Below, in pieces: positions 31,918 to 41,588 of a stretch of 41,588 bases of DNA. Source of the DNA: Cyanophora paradoxa CCMP329 (taxonomy: Eukaryota; Plantae; Glaucophyta); contig QPMI01000348.1 of the NCBI GenBank assembly GCA_004431415.1, positions 1 to 41,588 of the forward strand, in the 5' to 3' direction. Made by a program: the position numbers and the translations under genes. The notes beneath the pieces were generated by a model. That model worked only from the letters and a program-made list of their open reading frames with translations, made no database searches and was not told the DNA's origin. Every line of letters begins with the position of its first letter. The first letter of the stretch is position 1.

Positions 31918-32313
31918 TTAATGCCGTCCTTCGGCGTCTCCATGATCTCGGTCAGCACCCCGTTCATATCCTTGGGATGCACGAAGAAGATCAGCGTGCC
32001 ATGGCGCCGATGCGGGGTTCGCCCAGCACCTTCTTGCCCAGTCCCTCGAACCAGGCCTTCGCCTCGTGGATGTCGGCCACTTCATAGCACATATGATGCT
32101 GCCGCCGGCCGGGTTCTTGGCGATGAAGCCGTGAATGGCGAGTTCTCGCCCAGCGGCTCGATCAGTTCGATCTGGCTGTTCGGCGTGTCGACAAGCAACC
32201 TTCACGCCCTGCGCGGCAGTCGAAGCTCGCGTCATGCGCGCCATCACGTCGCGTAAAGGCGATCGACGCCAATCGAGGCGTCGCGATGCCACATGGTAGG
32301 CGGCCGAGTTCAT
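31918..32313 (-). CDS. mce: methylmalonyl-CoA epimerase
   Basis: Reconstructed MKLGRLNHVGIATP, QGVKVCFV.TPNSQIELIEPLG, FIAKNPAGG.HHMCYEVADI, HGTLIFFVHPKDMNGVLTEIMETPK. Confidence 0.9.
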   Translation of the reverse strand: MNSAAYHVASRRLDWRRSPLRDVMARMTRASTAAQGVKVACRHAEQPDRTDRAAGRELAIHGFIAKNPAGGSIICAMKWPTSTRRRPGSRDWARRCWANPASAPWHADLLRASQGYERGADRDHGDAEGRH

Positions 32314-32315
32314 CA

Positions 32316-32609
32316 TCACTCCGATCGAAGAGCAGCCTCGAATGTGGAATCGAGTCCGATTTTCCAGCCACATCCTCTCATCAGTGATATCGGCAGATCG
32401 AATTCGCGTCACGTTGTCCGCGAAAGCGGAAGACCCGACGTCCCAAACAGCGCGATCTCCTGTCGTCATTCGACACGCAGAGCGAGCTCGGAACGGCTTC
32501 GTGCCCAAACCCCAGCTCTTCAAGAACAGATTGCTCACGCGTACGAGGAATCGTGCGCCAATCTCTGCAGTCGCATTAGACGCGGGAACGTATTCCGTGA
32601 GCGGCTCAT
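32316..32609 (-). CDS. low-GC hypothetical protein (~95 aa) inserted between pccB and mce
   Basis: ATG 4 nt after the pccB stop. Its TGA abuts the mce ATG (GGAGTGATGATG). Last frame reads FDLPISLMRGCGWKIGLDSTFEAALRSE*. Internal frame broken by indels. Confidence 0.45.
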
Positions 32610-32613
32610 GTCT

Positions 32614-34064
32614 TCACAGCGGAATATTGTCATGCTTCTTCCACGGGTTCTCCAGCGCTTGTTGCGCAGCTTGCGCAGCCCAGCGCATCGCGCGGGTGGA
32701 ATGGGCATGATCACCTCGTCGATGAAGCCCTTGCTCGCCGCCACGAACGGGTTGGCGAAGCGGCCTCATATCCGGTCTCTCGGCATCTCTTCGGCGTCTT
32801 GCCGCGGAAGATGATCTCACCGCGCCCTTGGCGCCCATCACCGCGATCTCGCGGTCGGCCAGGCATAGTTCAGTCGCCGCGCAGATGCTTGACGCCATCA
32901 CGTCATAGGCGCCGCCATAGGCCTTGCGGGTGATGACGGTGATCTTCGGCACGTCGCCTCGCATAGGCGAAGAGCAGCTTGGCGCCGTGCTTGATGATGC
33001 CGTATGCTCCTGGCCGTGCCGGCAGGAAGCCGGCACGTCGACAAAGGTACGATCGGGATTCGAACGCATCGCAGAAGCGCACGAAGCGCGCGGCCTTCTT
33101 CGACGAGTTGATGTCGAGCACGCCGGCCAGCACCATCGGCTGGTTGGCGACGATGCCACCGTCGCCCTCGATCCGGCCGAAACCGACAGGATGTTGCCGC
33201 ATGGCCGGCTGCACTCGAAGAATCGCCCTCGTCACCGTCTTGCGGATCAGTTCGTGCATGTCGTACGGCTGGTTGGCTGCCGGGATCAGCGTGTCGAGGC
33301 TCGTTCCAGCCGGTCCCAGGGTCGTCGCTCGGCCGCTCGGGCACTTCCTTGTTGAGCGGCAGGAAGTCGACGAAGTCGCGCACTGCAGCAGCGCCTCGAT
33401 GTCGTTCTCGAACGCCACATCGCGACGCCCGACTTGTGGTGTGGTGATCGCGCCGCCCAGTTCCTCCTGCGTCACACCTCGTTGGTGACGGTCTTGACCA
33501 CTCGGGCCGGTCACGAACATGTAGCGTGTCCTTCACCATGAAGATGAAGTCGGTCATCGCCGGCGAATAGACCGCGCCGCCGCGCACGGCCCATGATCAG
33601 CTGATCTGCGGCACCACGCCCGAGCCAGCACGTTGCGCTGGAAAACTCGCATAGCCGCGAGCGAGCGACACCTTCCTGGATGCGCGCGCCGCCGCTGTCG
33701 TTGAGACCGATCACGGCGCGCCGACCTTCATCGCCATGTCCATGATCTTGCAGATCTTCTCGCGTGCGTTCCGACAGCACCGCCAACACGGTGAAGTCCT
33801 GGCTGAAGACGAAGACGAGGCGGCCGTTGATCGTGCCCGATCCGGTGACGACGCCGTCGCCGGGACATCTGTCGTGCATGCCGAAGTCGACGCAGTTATG
33901 CTCGACATACATGTCGAGCTCTTCAAAGCCCTCGTCGAGCAGCACTTCGATCCGCTCGCGCGCGGTGAGCTTGCCCTTGGCGTGCTGCGCGTCGATCCGC
34001 TTCTGCCCCCGCCCAGGCGGGCGGCGGTGCGGCGGCGTTCCAGTTCCTCGATCGTCGACGACAT
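32614..34064 (-). CDS. pccB: propionyl-CoA carboxylase beta subunit (carboxyltransferase)
   Basis: [114 protein letters not shown]. Confidence 0.95.
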
Positions 34065-34112
34065 GCGGTTCCCCATTGGATAGCGGCGGCTTCTGCATCC
34101 GGACATGCGGCG

Positions 34113-34157
34113 ACCGCAAATGCAATGTTGCGAAGTTGCGAGCAGCTGGTTTGCAGA
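34113..34157. promoter_or_regulatory. cluster of TTGC(A/G)A-like sites, probable ScfR/PccR operator
   Basis: GCAAATGCAA, TTGCGAAG, TTGCGAGC and TTTGCAGA between the divergent pccB and the regulator. These resemble the TTTGCAAA-type sites of PccR/PrpR/RamB regulators. Confidence 0.5.
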
Positions 34158-34224
34158 TATAGTGCGGATATGCGCAGATCGCTTCGTCCCGCTCCTCGCC
34201 ACCCCTCCCTGCCGGGAAGCGGAT

Positions 34225-35616
34225 GTGACCCTCCCCGCCGGCGCCTGTTCGAAGGGTTCCGCCTGCGCGAGCTGCGTCGGCGCACGGGGCTGAGCCAGGC
34301 GGCGATGGCGGGGCGGCTCGGTATCTCCGTCTCCTATCTCTCGCAGATCGAGAATAACGACCGCCCGATCACCGACATCGTCCTCGTCGCCCTCAGCCGC
34401 GAATTTCCGCTCGAGGCGTTCGGCGACGTCGATGAGAGCGCTTCTTTGCTCCGCACGATCGATGCCGCCACCGATGCCGGCGTCCCGGCAGAGCGCATGG
34501 GCGAGGCCGATGTGCGCCGCGGCATCGAGCAGCAACCCTTGCTCGCGAAACGCATGGTCGCGCTGCACGAAGCCTGGCGGCGCAGCCAGGAGCAGCTCCG
34601 CGTGCTCGACGACCGCTATGACAGCGGCTCGACCGACGCCGCCCCGCTCCCCTGGAGGAGGTCCGCGACTGGTTCCAGGCCGAGGGCAATTATATCGATG
34701 CGATCGACCGGTCGGCGGAAACGCTCGCCGCCGATCTCGATCCCCACCGGCCGAACCGGGGCCTCGAGGATCGCCTGCGCTGGCATGGCGTGCAGGTCGT
34801 GGCGGAGATGGCGACGGCAGCGAACTGAGCCGTTTCGATCCCCGCGCACGCCGCCTTGCGGTCAACAGCGCGCTCCCGCCGGAAAGCCGGGCCTTCCTTC
34901 TCGCCCACCGGCTGGTCCGCTACGAGTTCGAGAACGAGATGCGGCAGGTTGTGGAGGATTCCGGCCTCGCCTCCCCGGCTTCGCGCGAGCTGCTGAGCAT
35001 CGGGCTGGCCAATTATGCCGCCGGCGCGCTGCTGATGCCGTACGGCGCATTCAGGGACACCGCGCGCGAGGTCCGCCACGACATCGATCGTCTGCGCCAG
35101 CGCTTTGGCGCAAGCTTCGAGCAGGCCTGCCACCGGCTCTCGACGCTCCAGCGCCCGGCGCACAGGGGCTGCCCTTCTTTTCTGCCGGGTCGACATGGCC
35201 GGCAACGTCACCAAGCGCCATTCCGCCACGCGCCTCCAGTTCGCGGCACTTGGCGGCGCCTGCCCGCTCTGGATGGTGCACGAAGCGGTGGCGATCCCGG
35301 ACCGCATCCTCGTCCAGCATGCCGAGATGCCCGACGGCACGCGCTACGTCTCGATGGCCAAGGGTCTGGTGAAGCCTCGGGCAGCTATGCCCGCCCCCCG
35401 CGCCGCTATGCCGTGGCCCTGGGTTGCGAGGAGTTGCATGCTGCGGACTTCGTCTATGCCGACGATCTCAGGCCCGGCGGCGCGGCCACGCCGATCGGTA
35501 CCAGTTGCCGCATCTGCCCCCGCCCGGATTGCGACCAACGCGCCTTCCCGCCCGCCGCCTCGGCGATCGCGATCGATCCGGACCGGCGCAGCGTGGTGCC
35601 CTATGGCTTTCGCTGA
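34225..35616 (+). CDS. short-chain fatty acyl-CoA regulator (ScfR/PccR/PrpR family, XRE HTH)
   Basis: [90 protein letters not shown]-terminal [15 protein letters not shown]. Confidence 0.92.
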
Positions 35617-35708
35617 GGTTCCGCACACGCTTGCCGGGGCGGGAATCATTGCTCCTTCCCCCGAACCATGGCATACCCGATCCACGAAAAAGCCTTGGGA
35701 GAGGTATG

Positions 35709-36460
35709 ATGGCCACCGCGCTGCGCAATTCCACCATGACCGAAGCCGAGTGGGAGGCTCGCCAGCAGCTCGCCGCCTGCTACCGCGTATTCGACATGCT
35801 CGGCTGGTCGAGATGATCTACAACCACATCACGCTCAAGGTGCCGGGCGAGGAAGGCGCCTTCCTCATCAACCCGTTCGGGCTGCACTTCAGCGAAGTGA
35901 GGCGTCGAACCTCGTCAAGATCGACATCGACGGCAACAAGCTCGACGACTCGCCCTATCCGGTGAACCGCGCCGGTTCGTCCAGCACGCGCTGTTCCACC
36001 GCCACCTGCCGATGCGCACTGCATCGCGCATACCCACACCACGGCGGGCATGGCGGTCGCCAGCGTCGAAGGGGTTTGCGCCCCACCAATTTCTATGCTG
36101 CAACTTCGCCGGCCAGATCGCCTATCACGATTTCGAGGGTGTGACGGTGCGTGACGAGGAAGGCGAGCGGCTGCTCGCGCACCTGGGCGACAAGCGCGTG
36201 ATGCTGCTCCGCAATCACGGCATCCTGGTGATGGGCAGGACGGTGCCGGAGGCGTTCATCAAGCACTGGTCGCTCCAGCGCGCCTGCGAGATCCAGATCG
36301 CCACCGCCAGCATGGGCGCGCCGATCACGGTCCCGGACGAAGTCGTCGCCGTCCATCAACGCGACCTCCACATGGCCCAGGTTCCCGGCGGGCCCGGCGC
36401 GGCCGATTTCGCGGCGATGGTGCGGCTGGTGGACCGGACCGACAGAGCTGGCGGGAATAG
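35709..36460 (+). CDS. class II aldolase/adducin family protein
   Basis: EWEARQQLAACYR, IYNHIT, FLINPFGLHFSEV, CIAHTHT, IAYHDFEG, MLLRNHG. Confidence 0.9.
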
Positions 36461-36490
36461 GGGCCGGCACTCCGCGACCCCGAACGTCCT

Positions 36491-36512
36491 CCCCCGGCCC
36501 TTTGCCGGGGGG
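36491..36512. terminator. hairpin between convergent genes
   Basis: CCCCCGGC-CCTTT-GCCGGGGG. Confidence 0.5.
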
Positions 36513-36542
36513 ACGATAGCGTATCGGGAACGGACCTGACGC

Positions 36543-37338
36543 TTATCCGAACCGATAGCCGCTTACCGTCCATCCCAGCACGTGATCGCGATAGTCGCGC
36601 ACCGCCGGCCCCTCCCCCGCCCGCGCCAGCGCGACCATCAGCGGCAGGAGATGCTCCTCGCGCGGATGGGCGAAACGGGCGTGGGCAGCCTGTCCCAGGC
36701 CGCCACCCGTGCGGCGCGCCTTGCCGGATCGGGGTCCGTCACTGCCTCGGTCAGCGCTTCGTCCCACATATCGCATAGGGCGTCACCTGCGGCCCGCGGG
36801 CGCGCAGATTGTGGAAGCTCATCCCGAACCGACGATCAGCACGCCCGCATCGCGCAGCGGGGCAAGCGCCCTGCCCAGCGCGATGTGGTCGGCCGATCGA
36901 GATCCTTGCGCAGCGACAGCTGGACGAGCGGGATATCCGCTCCGGGTACCGCCACCATCATCGGGATGAAGACGCCGTGATCCCAGCCGCGTTCGCGCTC
37001 CTCTCCGACGGGGAAGCCGGCGCCTTCGAGCAGCGCCTTCACGCGCTCCGCCACTTGCGGGGAGCCCGGCGCATCCAGCGCAGGCGATAGGTATGTTCCG
37101 GGAAGCCATGATAGTCGAACAGCAGCGGCTGCCCATTGCCGGCATGGACGGTGACGACCTCCTCTTCCCAATGCCCCGAGACCAGCAGGATCGCCTCGGG
37201 CCGCTCGGGCAGCGAGCCGATCAGCCCGGCGAGATAGGCCTGCATCGGCCGCCACATCGGATCGGGCGGGCCGCCATCCGGGTCCATGAAGAAGCAGGGG
37301 CCGCCGCCGTGCGGAATGAAGAGTGCGGGAAGTGTCAT
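36543..37338 (-). CDS. DODA/LigB-type (class III) extradiol ring-cleavage dioxygenase
   Basis: [72 protein letters not shown]. Confidence 0.92.
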
Positions 37339-37415
37339 GCCGCCGATGTCGGCCCCGGGGCATCCCGGCGCAATGGCGGTTTCGGAAACGGCGCGTTTCC
37401 CGCTACACCCCCGGC

Positions 37416-37924
37416 ATGACTCGCTTCACCGTCAACAACCAGCCGGTCGCCTACAAGATGGATCCGCGCACGCCCCTGCTCTGGGCGCTGCGCGACGCCT
37501 CGAACCTCACCGGCACCAAATATGGCTGCGGCACCGGCGATTGCGGCGCCTGCACGGTCGATGTCGACGGCACGGCGCGCCTGGCATGCCAGGAGACGAT
37601 CGGCGCGCTCGAGGCACGTTCGTCACCACGATCGAGGGCCTGTCCAGGGATCGCAGCCATCCGGTGCAGCAGGCGCTGATCGCGGCGAACGTGCCGCAAT
37701 GCGGCTATTGCATCCCGGGGGTGGTGATGGCGGCCGCGGTGCTGCTGCGCGGCAACAGGAACCCCAGCGAACAGGACATCAAGGACGCCATCCCAATATC
37801 TGCCGCTGCGGCATCTATCCGCGACTGGCGGAGGCGATCCAGAACGCCGCTCGCATCGCCCGTGGCGACGTCGCCGTGCCCGAGCCGGGCATGACGCGCG
37901 GGCGCCCCCCAGGCCGGACCCTGA
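37416..37924 (+). CDS. (2Fe-2S)-binding protein, IorA/CoxS-like small subunit
   Basis: [59 protein letters not shown]. Confidence 0.9.
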
Positions 37925-38043
37925 ATTGTTTCAAATGCTTTCAATATGCTGACAGGCGAATTCAGAGTCGCGTCAGTTGCGGGGCCTAAGGAGGGATACC
38001 CCCGAAAGCCCGGCGCGTTGCCGGTCCCAGCGGAGACATTCAG

Positions 38044-38957
38044 ATGAAGAAGACCTTGCTCGCGGCGATCATCGCCGCAACAGCCCTGGTCCCGCCGGCA
38101 CTGGCGCAGGAACGCGGGCATCGCTGGGCGGCGGCGACCGTTCCGGCGGCAATGCGGGCGCCGCGCAGCCGGCCCAGGATCGCGGCGACCGCGCGATCGC
38201 GGGATCGCGGGGATCGCGGCGGCGACCGTGGCGGCTGGCGCCAGTCCCGGGCCAGCCGCAGCAGCCCGCGCAACCCACGCAGCCGCGCCCGAATGGAACG
38301 GCGGCGGCAATACGCCTCCCAACGGCTGGAACCGTGGCGGCTGGAATCGTGGCGGCGACCGTCCGCAGCAGCCCGGCGGCGGCCAGGTTTCCCCGCCCCA
38401 GGATCGTCCGCAGCAGCGCTGGGACGGCAATCGCGGCGGCAACGACCGTCGCGACTGGAACCGCGACGGCAATCGCGGCGGCCAGTGGACCGCGCAATCC
38501 CAATGGGAACCGCGACCGCAACTGGAACAACGATCGCCGCGGCAACGACTGGAACCGCAACAATGATCGCGGCTGGAACGACCGCAACCGCTGGACAACA
38601 ATCCCCGCGGCGGCTGGAACCGTGGCGGCTGGCACGGCAACGATCGCGGCCGCTGGAACAATGGCTGGCGCAACGACCGCCGCTACGATTGGCGCGACTA
38701 TCGCAACAGCAACCGCGGCATCTACGCCTGCCGCGCTATTATGCGCCGTCGGGCTGGGCTATGGCTATCGCCGCTTCACATCGGCTACACGCTGAACTCG
38801 ATCCTGTTCTCGTCGCAATACTGGATCAACGATCCGTATTATTATCGCCTGCCGGAAGTATACGCCCGTATCGCTGGGTGCGCTACTATAACGACGCGCT
38901 GCTGGTGGACGTCGAGACCGGCGAGTGGTCGACACCATCTACGACATCTTCTGGTAA
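38044..38957 (+). CDS. RcnB-family secreted protein with a long R/G/N/D/W-rich low-complexity region
   Basis: Signal peptide MKKTLLAAIIAATALVPPALA, WNRGG/DRNW repeats, C-terminal YWINDPYYYRLP...YRWVRYYNDALLVDVETGE..DTIYDIFW*. Confidence 0.85.
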
Positions 38958-38981
38958 GCAAGCCCGCATCTTACCAGAAAC

Positions 38982-39018
38982 GGGAGGCTCGCCCATCAGG
39001 GCCGGGCCTCTTGCTTTT
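38982..39018 (+). terminator. intrinsic terminator
   Basis: GGGAGGCTCGCCC...GGGCCGGGCCTCTT followed by GCTTTT. Confidence 0.6.
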
Positions 39019-39044
39019 GGCTCCGCCCCCGCATGCTGGCGGCG

Positions 39045-39713
39045 ATGACGAGCCCATGGCCCCGATCCCGTCCGCGCCGAAACCGGCCGCCGCGCCACCG
39101 CCCGGCTCGAGGCGAATCCGCTGGTCCACCACGCCGGCTCGATGCGCTCCAGCTCTATCACCTGCCCAATTTCCTCAGCCGCACCGAGTGCAAGGCGCTG
39201 ATCCGGATGATCGACGCCGATGCGAAACCCTCGGTGGTGCTCGCGCAATATCAGGAGCCCGCCTGCGCACGAGCTATACCTGCGATCTCGAACGGCAGGA
39301 TCCGGAGATCCGCCGGCTCGACGCGCGCCTCGCCGATCTGCTGGCATTCCCCTCGATCACGGCGAGCCCATCCAGGGCAGCGCTACGCCATGGGCCAGCA
39401 GTTCGCGCCCATTGCGACTGGTTTCGCGACGATGTGGACTATTGGCCCGAGATGAAGGCACAGGGCGGCCAGCGCATCTGGACCGCGATGATCTACCTCA
39501 ATGACGTCGAGGAGGGCGGCGAGACGTGGTTCCCCGCGCCGGCATCCGCCTCACCCCACCCGCGGCCTGCTGATCGCCTGAACAACCTGGCCGCCGACGG
39601 CAGCCCGAACGACGCGACGCTGCACGAGGCGCGGCCAGTGCTCGGCGGCACCAAGTACATCATCACCAAATGGTTCCGCGAACGCCCTGACCCCACCGGC
39701 GCCGGGCTATTGA
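39045..39713 (+). CDS. 2OG-Fe(II) oxygenase, prolyl-4-hydroxylase-like (copy 1)
   Basis: PNFLSRTECKALI, RTSYTCDL, IQGQRY..GQQF..HCDWF, QRIWTAMIYLNDVEEGGETWFP, TLHEARPVLGGTKYIITKWFRE. Confidence 0.88.
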
Positions 39714-39734
39714 CCGCGAGCCCGCAGGCGCAAA

Positions 39735-40431
39735 TTGGCCGTCGTGAGCAAGAATATCGCAGAGTATCGGGAACGCCCTCCCCCAATCGCGCGCGCATCG
39801 GCCGCGAGTGGTGGCGAAGCTGGAGAACAACCCGCACATCAGGCGCGCCAAGGTGGAAAATGCGCAGATGTTCACCTATCCCGATTTCCTGAGCGAAGCC
39901 GAATGCGACATGCTCGTCGCCCTGATCGAGGCGGCGGCACGCCCTTCCACGCTGCTCGCGATGCACGAGGATCCCGAGTTCCGCACCAGCAGCTCGACGA
40001 TCTGGACCGCTGGTCCGAGGAAATCTGCCGATCGACGACCGCATCGCCAATGTGCTCGGCCTGCCGCCGGCGAATGCCGAGACGATGCAGGGCCAGCGCT
40101 ACACGCCCGGCCAGCAGTTCCGCGCGCATTGCGACTATTTCCACGAAGGCGGAATATTGGACAGATGGTCGAATATGGCGGCCAGCGCACCTGGACCGCG
40201 ATGATCTATCTCAACGAAGTCGACGAAGGCGGGGCGACCTGGTTCCGCGCGCCGGCGTGCGGTTCAAGCCCAGAAAGGGCTGATGCTGATCTGAACAACA
40301 TGATGGAGGACGGCACGCCGAACTACGACACGCTGCACGAGGGCATGCGCGTGCTCGAGGGGACGAAATACATCGTCACCAAATGGTTCCGCGAGAATGC
40401 CTGGATCCGCGCCATGTGCCGACCTATTATG
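39735..40431 (+). CDS. 2OG-Fe(II) oxygenase, prolyl-4-hydroxylase-like (copy 2; ends approximate)
   Basis: PDFLSEAECDMLV, FRTSSS, MQGQRYTPGQQFRAHCDYF, QRTWTAMIYLNEVDEGGATWF, TLHEGMRVLEGTKYIVTKWFRE. Confidence 0.88.
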
Positions 40432-40475
40432 CCGGCGGAGAGCAGCGGACCTGACTTCCCAGGAAAGGCGGGAGC

Positions 40476-41348
40476 CTAGATCAGCCCGGCACGCGCCAGT
40501 GCCGCATCGACTGCCTTGCGGCTCGCCTCGCCCGCCGGAGTCATCGCAGGCGCAGCTCTTCGGGAAAACCCGACGAACCCGCGTCAACGCATATTTCACC
40601 GGACCCGGCGAGGCATCGGTGAACATCGCGATGTGAAGGGATAGAGCCGGTCGTGCAATGCGAGCGCCCGCGCGGTATCCCCCCCCGCCCAGGCGCCTGG
40701 AATTCCGCACAGAGCCGTGGCGCGACGTTCGCCGTTACCGAGATGCAGCCGGTGCCGCCCATCGCGTTGAAGCGAGCGCGGTCTCGTCGTTGCCGGAAAG
40801 CTGGATGAAGTCATGCCCGCAGCCGGCGCGCTGCTCGGTCACGCGGCGAGCGCACCCGTCGCGTCCTTGACGCCGAGGAACTTGCCCGGAAACGCCTTGA
40901 CGATCCGCGCCATCGTCGCGGGCTGGATGTCGGTCACCGTGCGGCCCGGCACATTGTAGAGCACGATCGGCAGGTCGGTCGCTTCGGCCACGGCCTCGAA
41001 ATGGCGGAAGATGCCTTCCTGGCTGGGCCGATTGTAATAGGGCGGTACCATCAGCGCCGCATCGGCGCCCGCATCCTGCGCGGCCTTCACATTCTCGATC
41101 GCGACCAGCGTGTCGTTCGAGCCCGCACCTGCGAGCACGGGCACGCGGCCCTCGCCTGTCGGCGCAGACGCGGACGACTTCGAAATGCTCCTCTTTCGGC
41201 ATCGTCGCCGCCTCGCCGGTGGTGCCGCACGGCACCAGCGCGGCAGAGCCTTCGGCAATCTGCCATTCAACTAGCGCGCGATAATCTTCCTCCGCGAAGC
41301 TGCCGCCACGGAACGGCGTCACCAGCGCGGAATGGAGCCCGAAAACAT
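40476..41348 (-). CDS. dapA: 4-hydroxy-tetrahydrodipicolinate synthase
   Basis: [75 protein letters not shown]. Confidence 0.95.
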
Positions 41349-41410
41349 GGTCCCAGAATCTTCCTTAATTCCCCAATTCGGGGCTGGCAGATAGGGGCGA
41401 CACGCGTATC

Positions 41411-41588
41411 ATGTCCAGTATGCTTGCTCCGCTACTCAAAAGTGCGTTGCTGTTGCCGGCGTTTCGGGGCTCGCCGTCTCTTCGCAGCTCACGCAGGAAC
41501 AGATCCAGTGGTACAAGGTGGCGCTGGAAGCCGGCGTCCCCGCGTGCCGCCTCCCTATATCCAGGCCAACCAGCTCGCCGATGCGCTG
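41411..41588 (+). CDS. 5' end of a secreted protein, possibly a soluble lytic transglycosylase (truncated by window end)
   Basis: MSSMLAPLLKSALLL... signal-like start divergent from dapA. The product guess rests only on the common alphaproteobacterial slt-dapA divergent arrangement. Confidence 0.4.
   Translation, partial: MSSMLAPLLKSALLLPAFRGSPSLRSSRRNRSSGTRWRWKPASPRAASLYPGQPARRCA

Noticed and set aside
38280-38720. CRISPR-like or non-coding tandem repeat array
   Set aside because: The repeats are irregular, codon-phased and inside a coding region. There is no fixed repeat-spacer period and no cas gene.

Overview
High-GC alphaproteobacterial chromosome segment. Gene content, gene order and repeat types point to a Sphingomonas-like genome (inference). 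The sequence carries many single-base deletions, so most genes are split across ORF-track frames. I rebuilt them by eye from motifs, and ends are approximate. Frameshifts are treated as sequencing or consensus errors, not pseudogenes. Left arm: dnaE (-), a divergent MraZ-like paralogue with a small Cys/His ORF, a PadR regulator with a SEDS-motif membrane protein (-), gyrA, a palindromic repeat, a DUF952 gene and tRNA-Glu(CTC). Next is a ~17 kb accessory-looking block: an unusual four-gene chaperone-usher pilus operon (two paralogous pilins, a TcfC/CS1-type usher, a chaperone), an MdtABC-like RND pump with its own outer-membrane factor, a META+DUF4377 protein, and a benzoate-CoA-ligase-family plus creatininase-family gene pair. 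Then comes the propionyl-CoA assimilation operon pccB-mce-scpA-bioB-pccA (-), where every junction carries an inserted ORF or palindromic element, with its divergent ScfR/PccR regulator. Right arm: class II aldolase, DODA-type dioxygenase, an orphan 2Fe-2S protein, an RcnB-family protein with a long low-complexity region, two tandem prolyl-4-hydroxylase-like oxygenases, dapA and the start of a divergent secreted protein. The best candidates for undescribed biology are the pilus operon, the plug-in slot architecture of the pcc operon, the ligase/amidohydrolase pair and the MraZ-like/PadR-SEDS-like locus.
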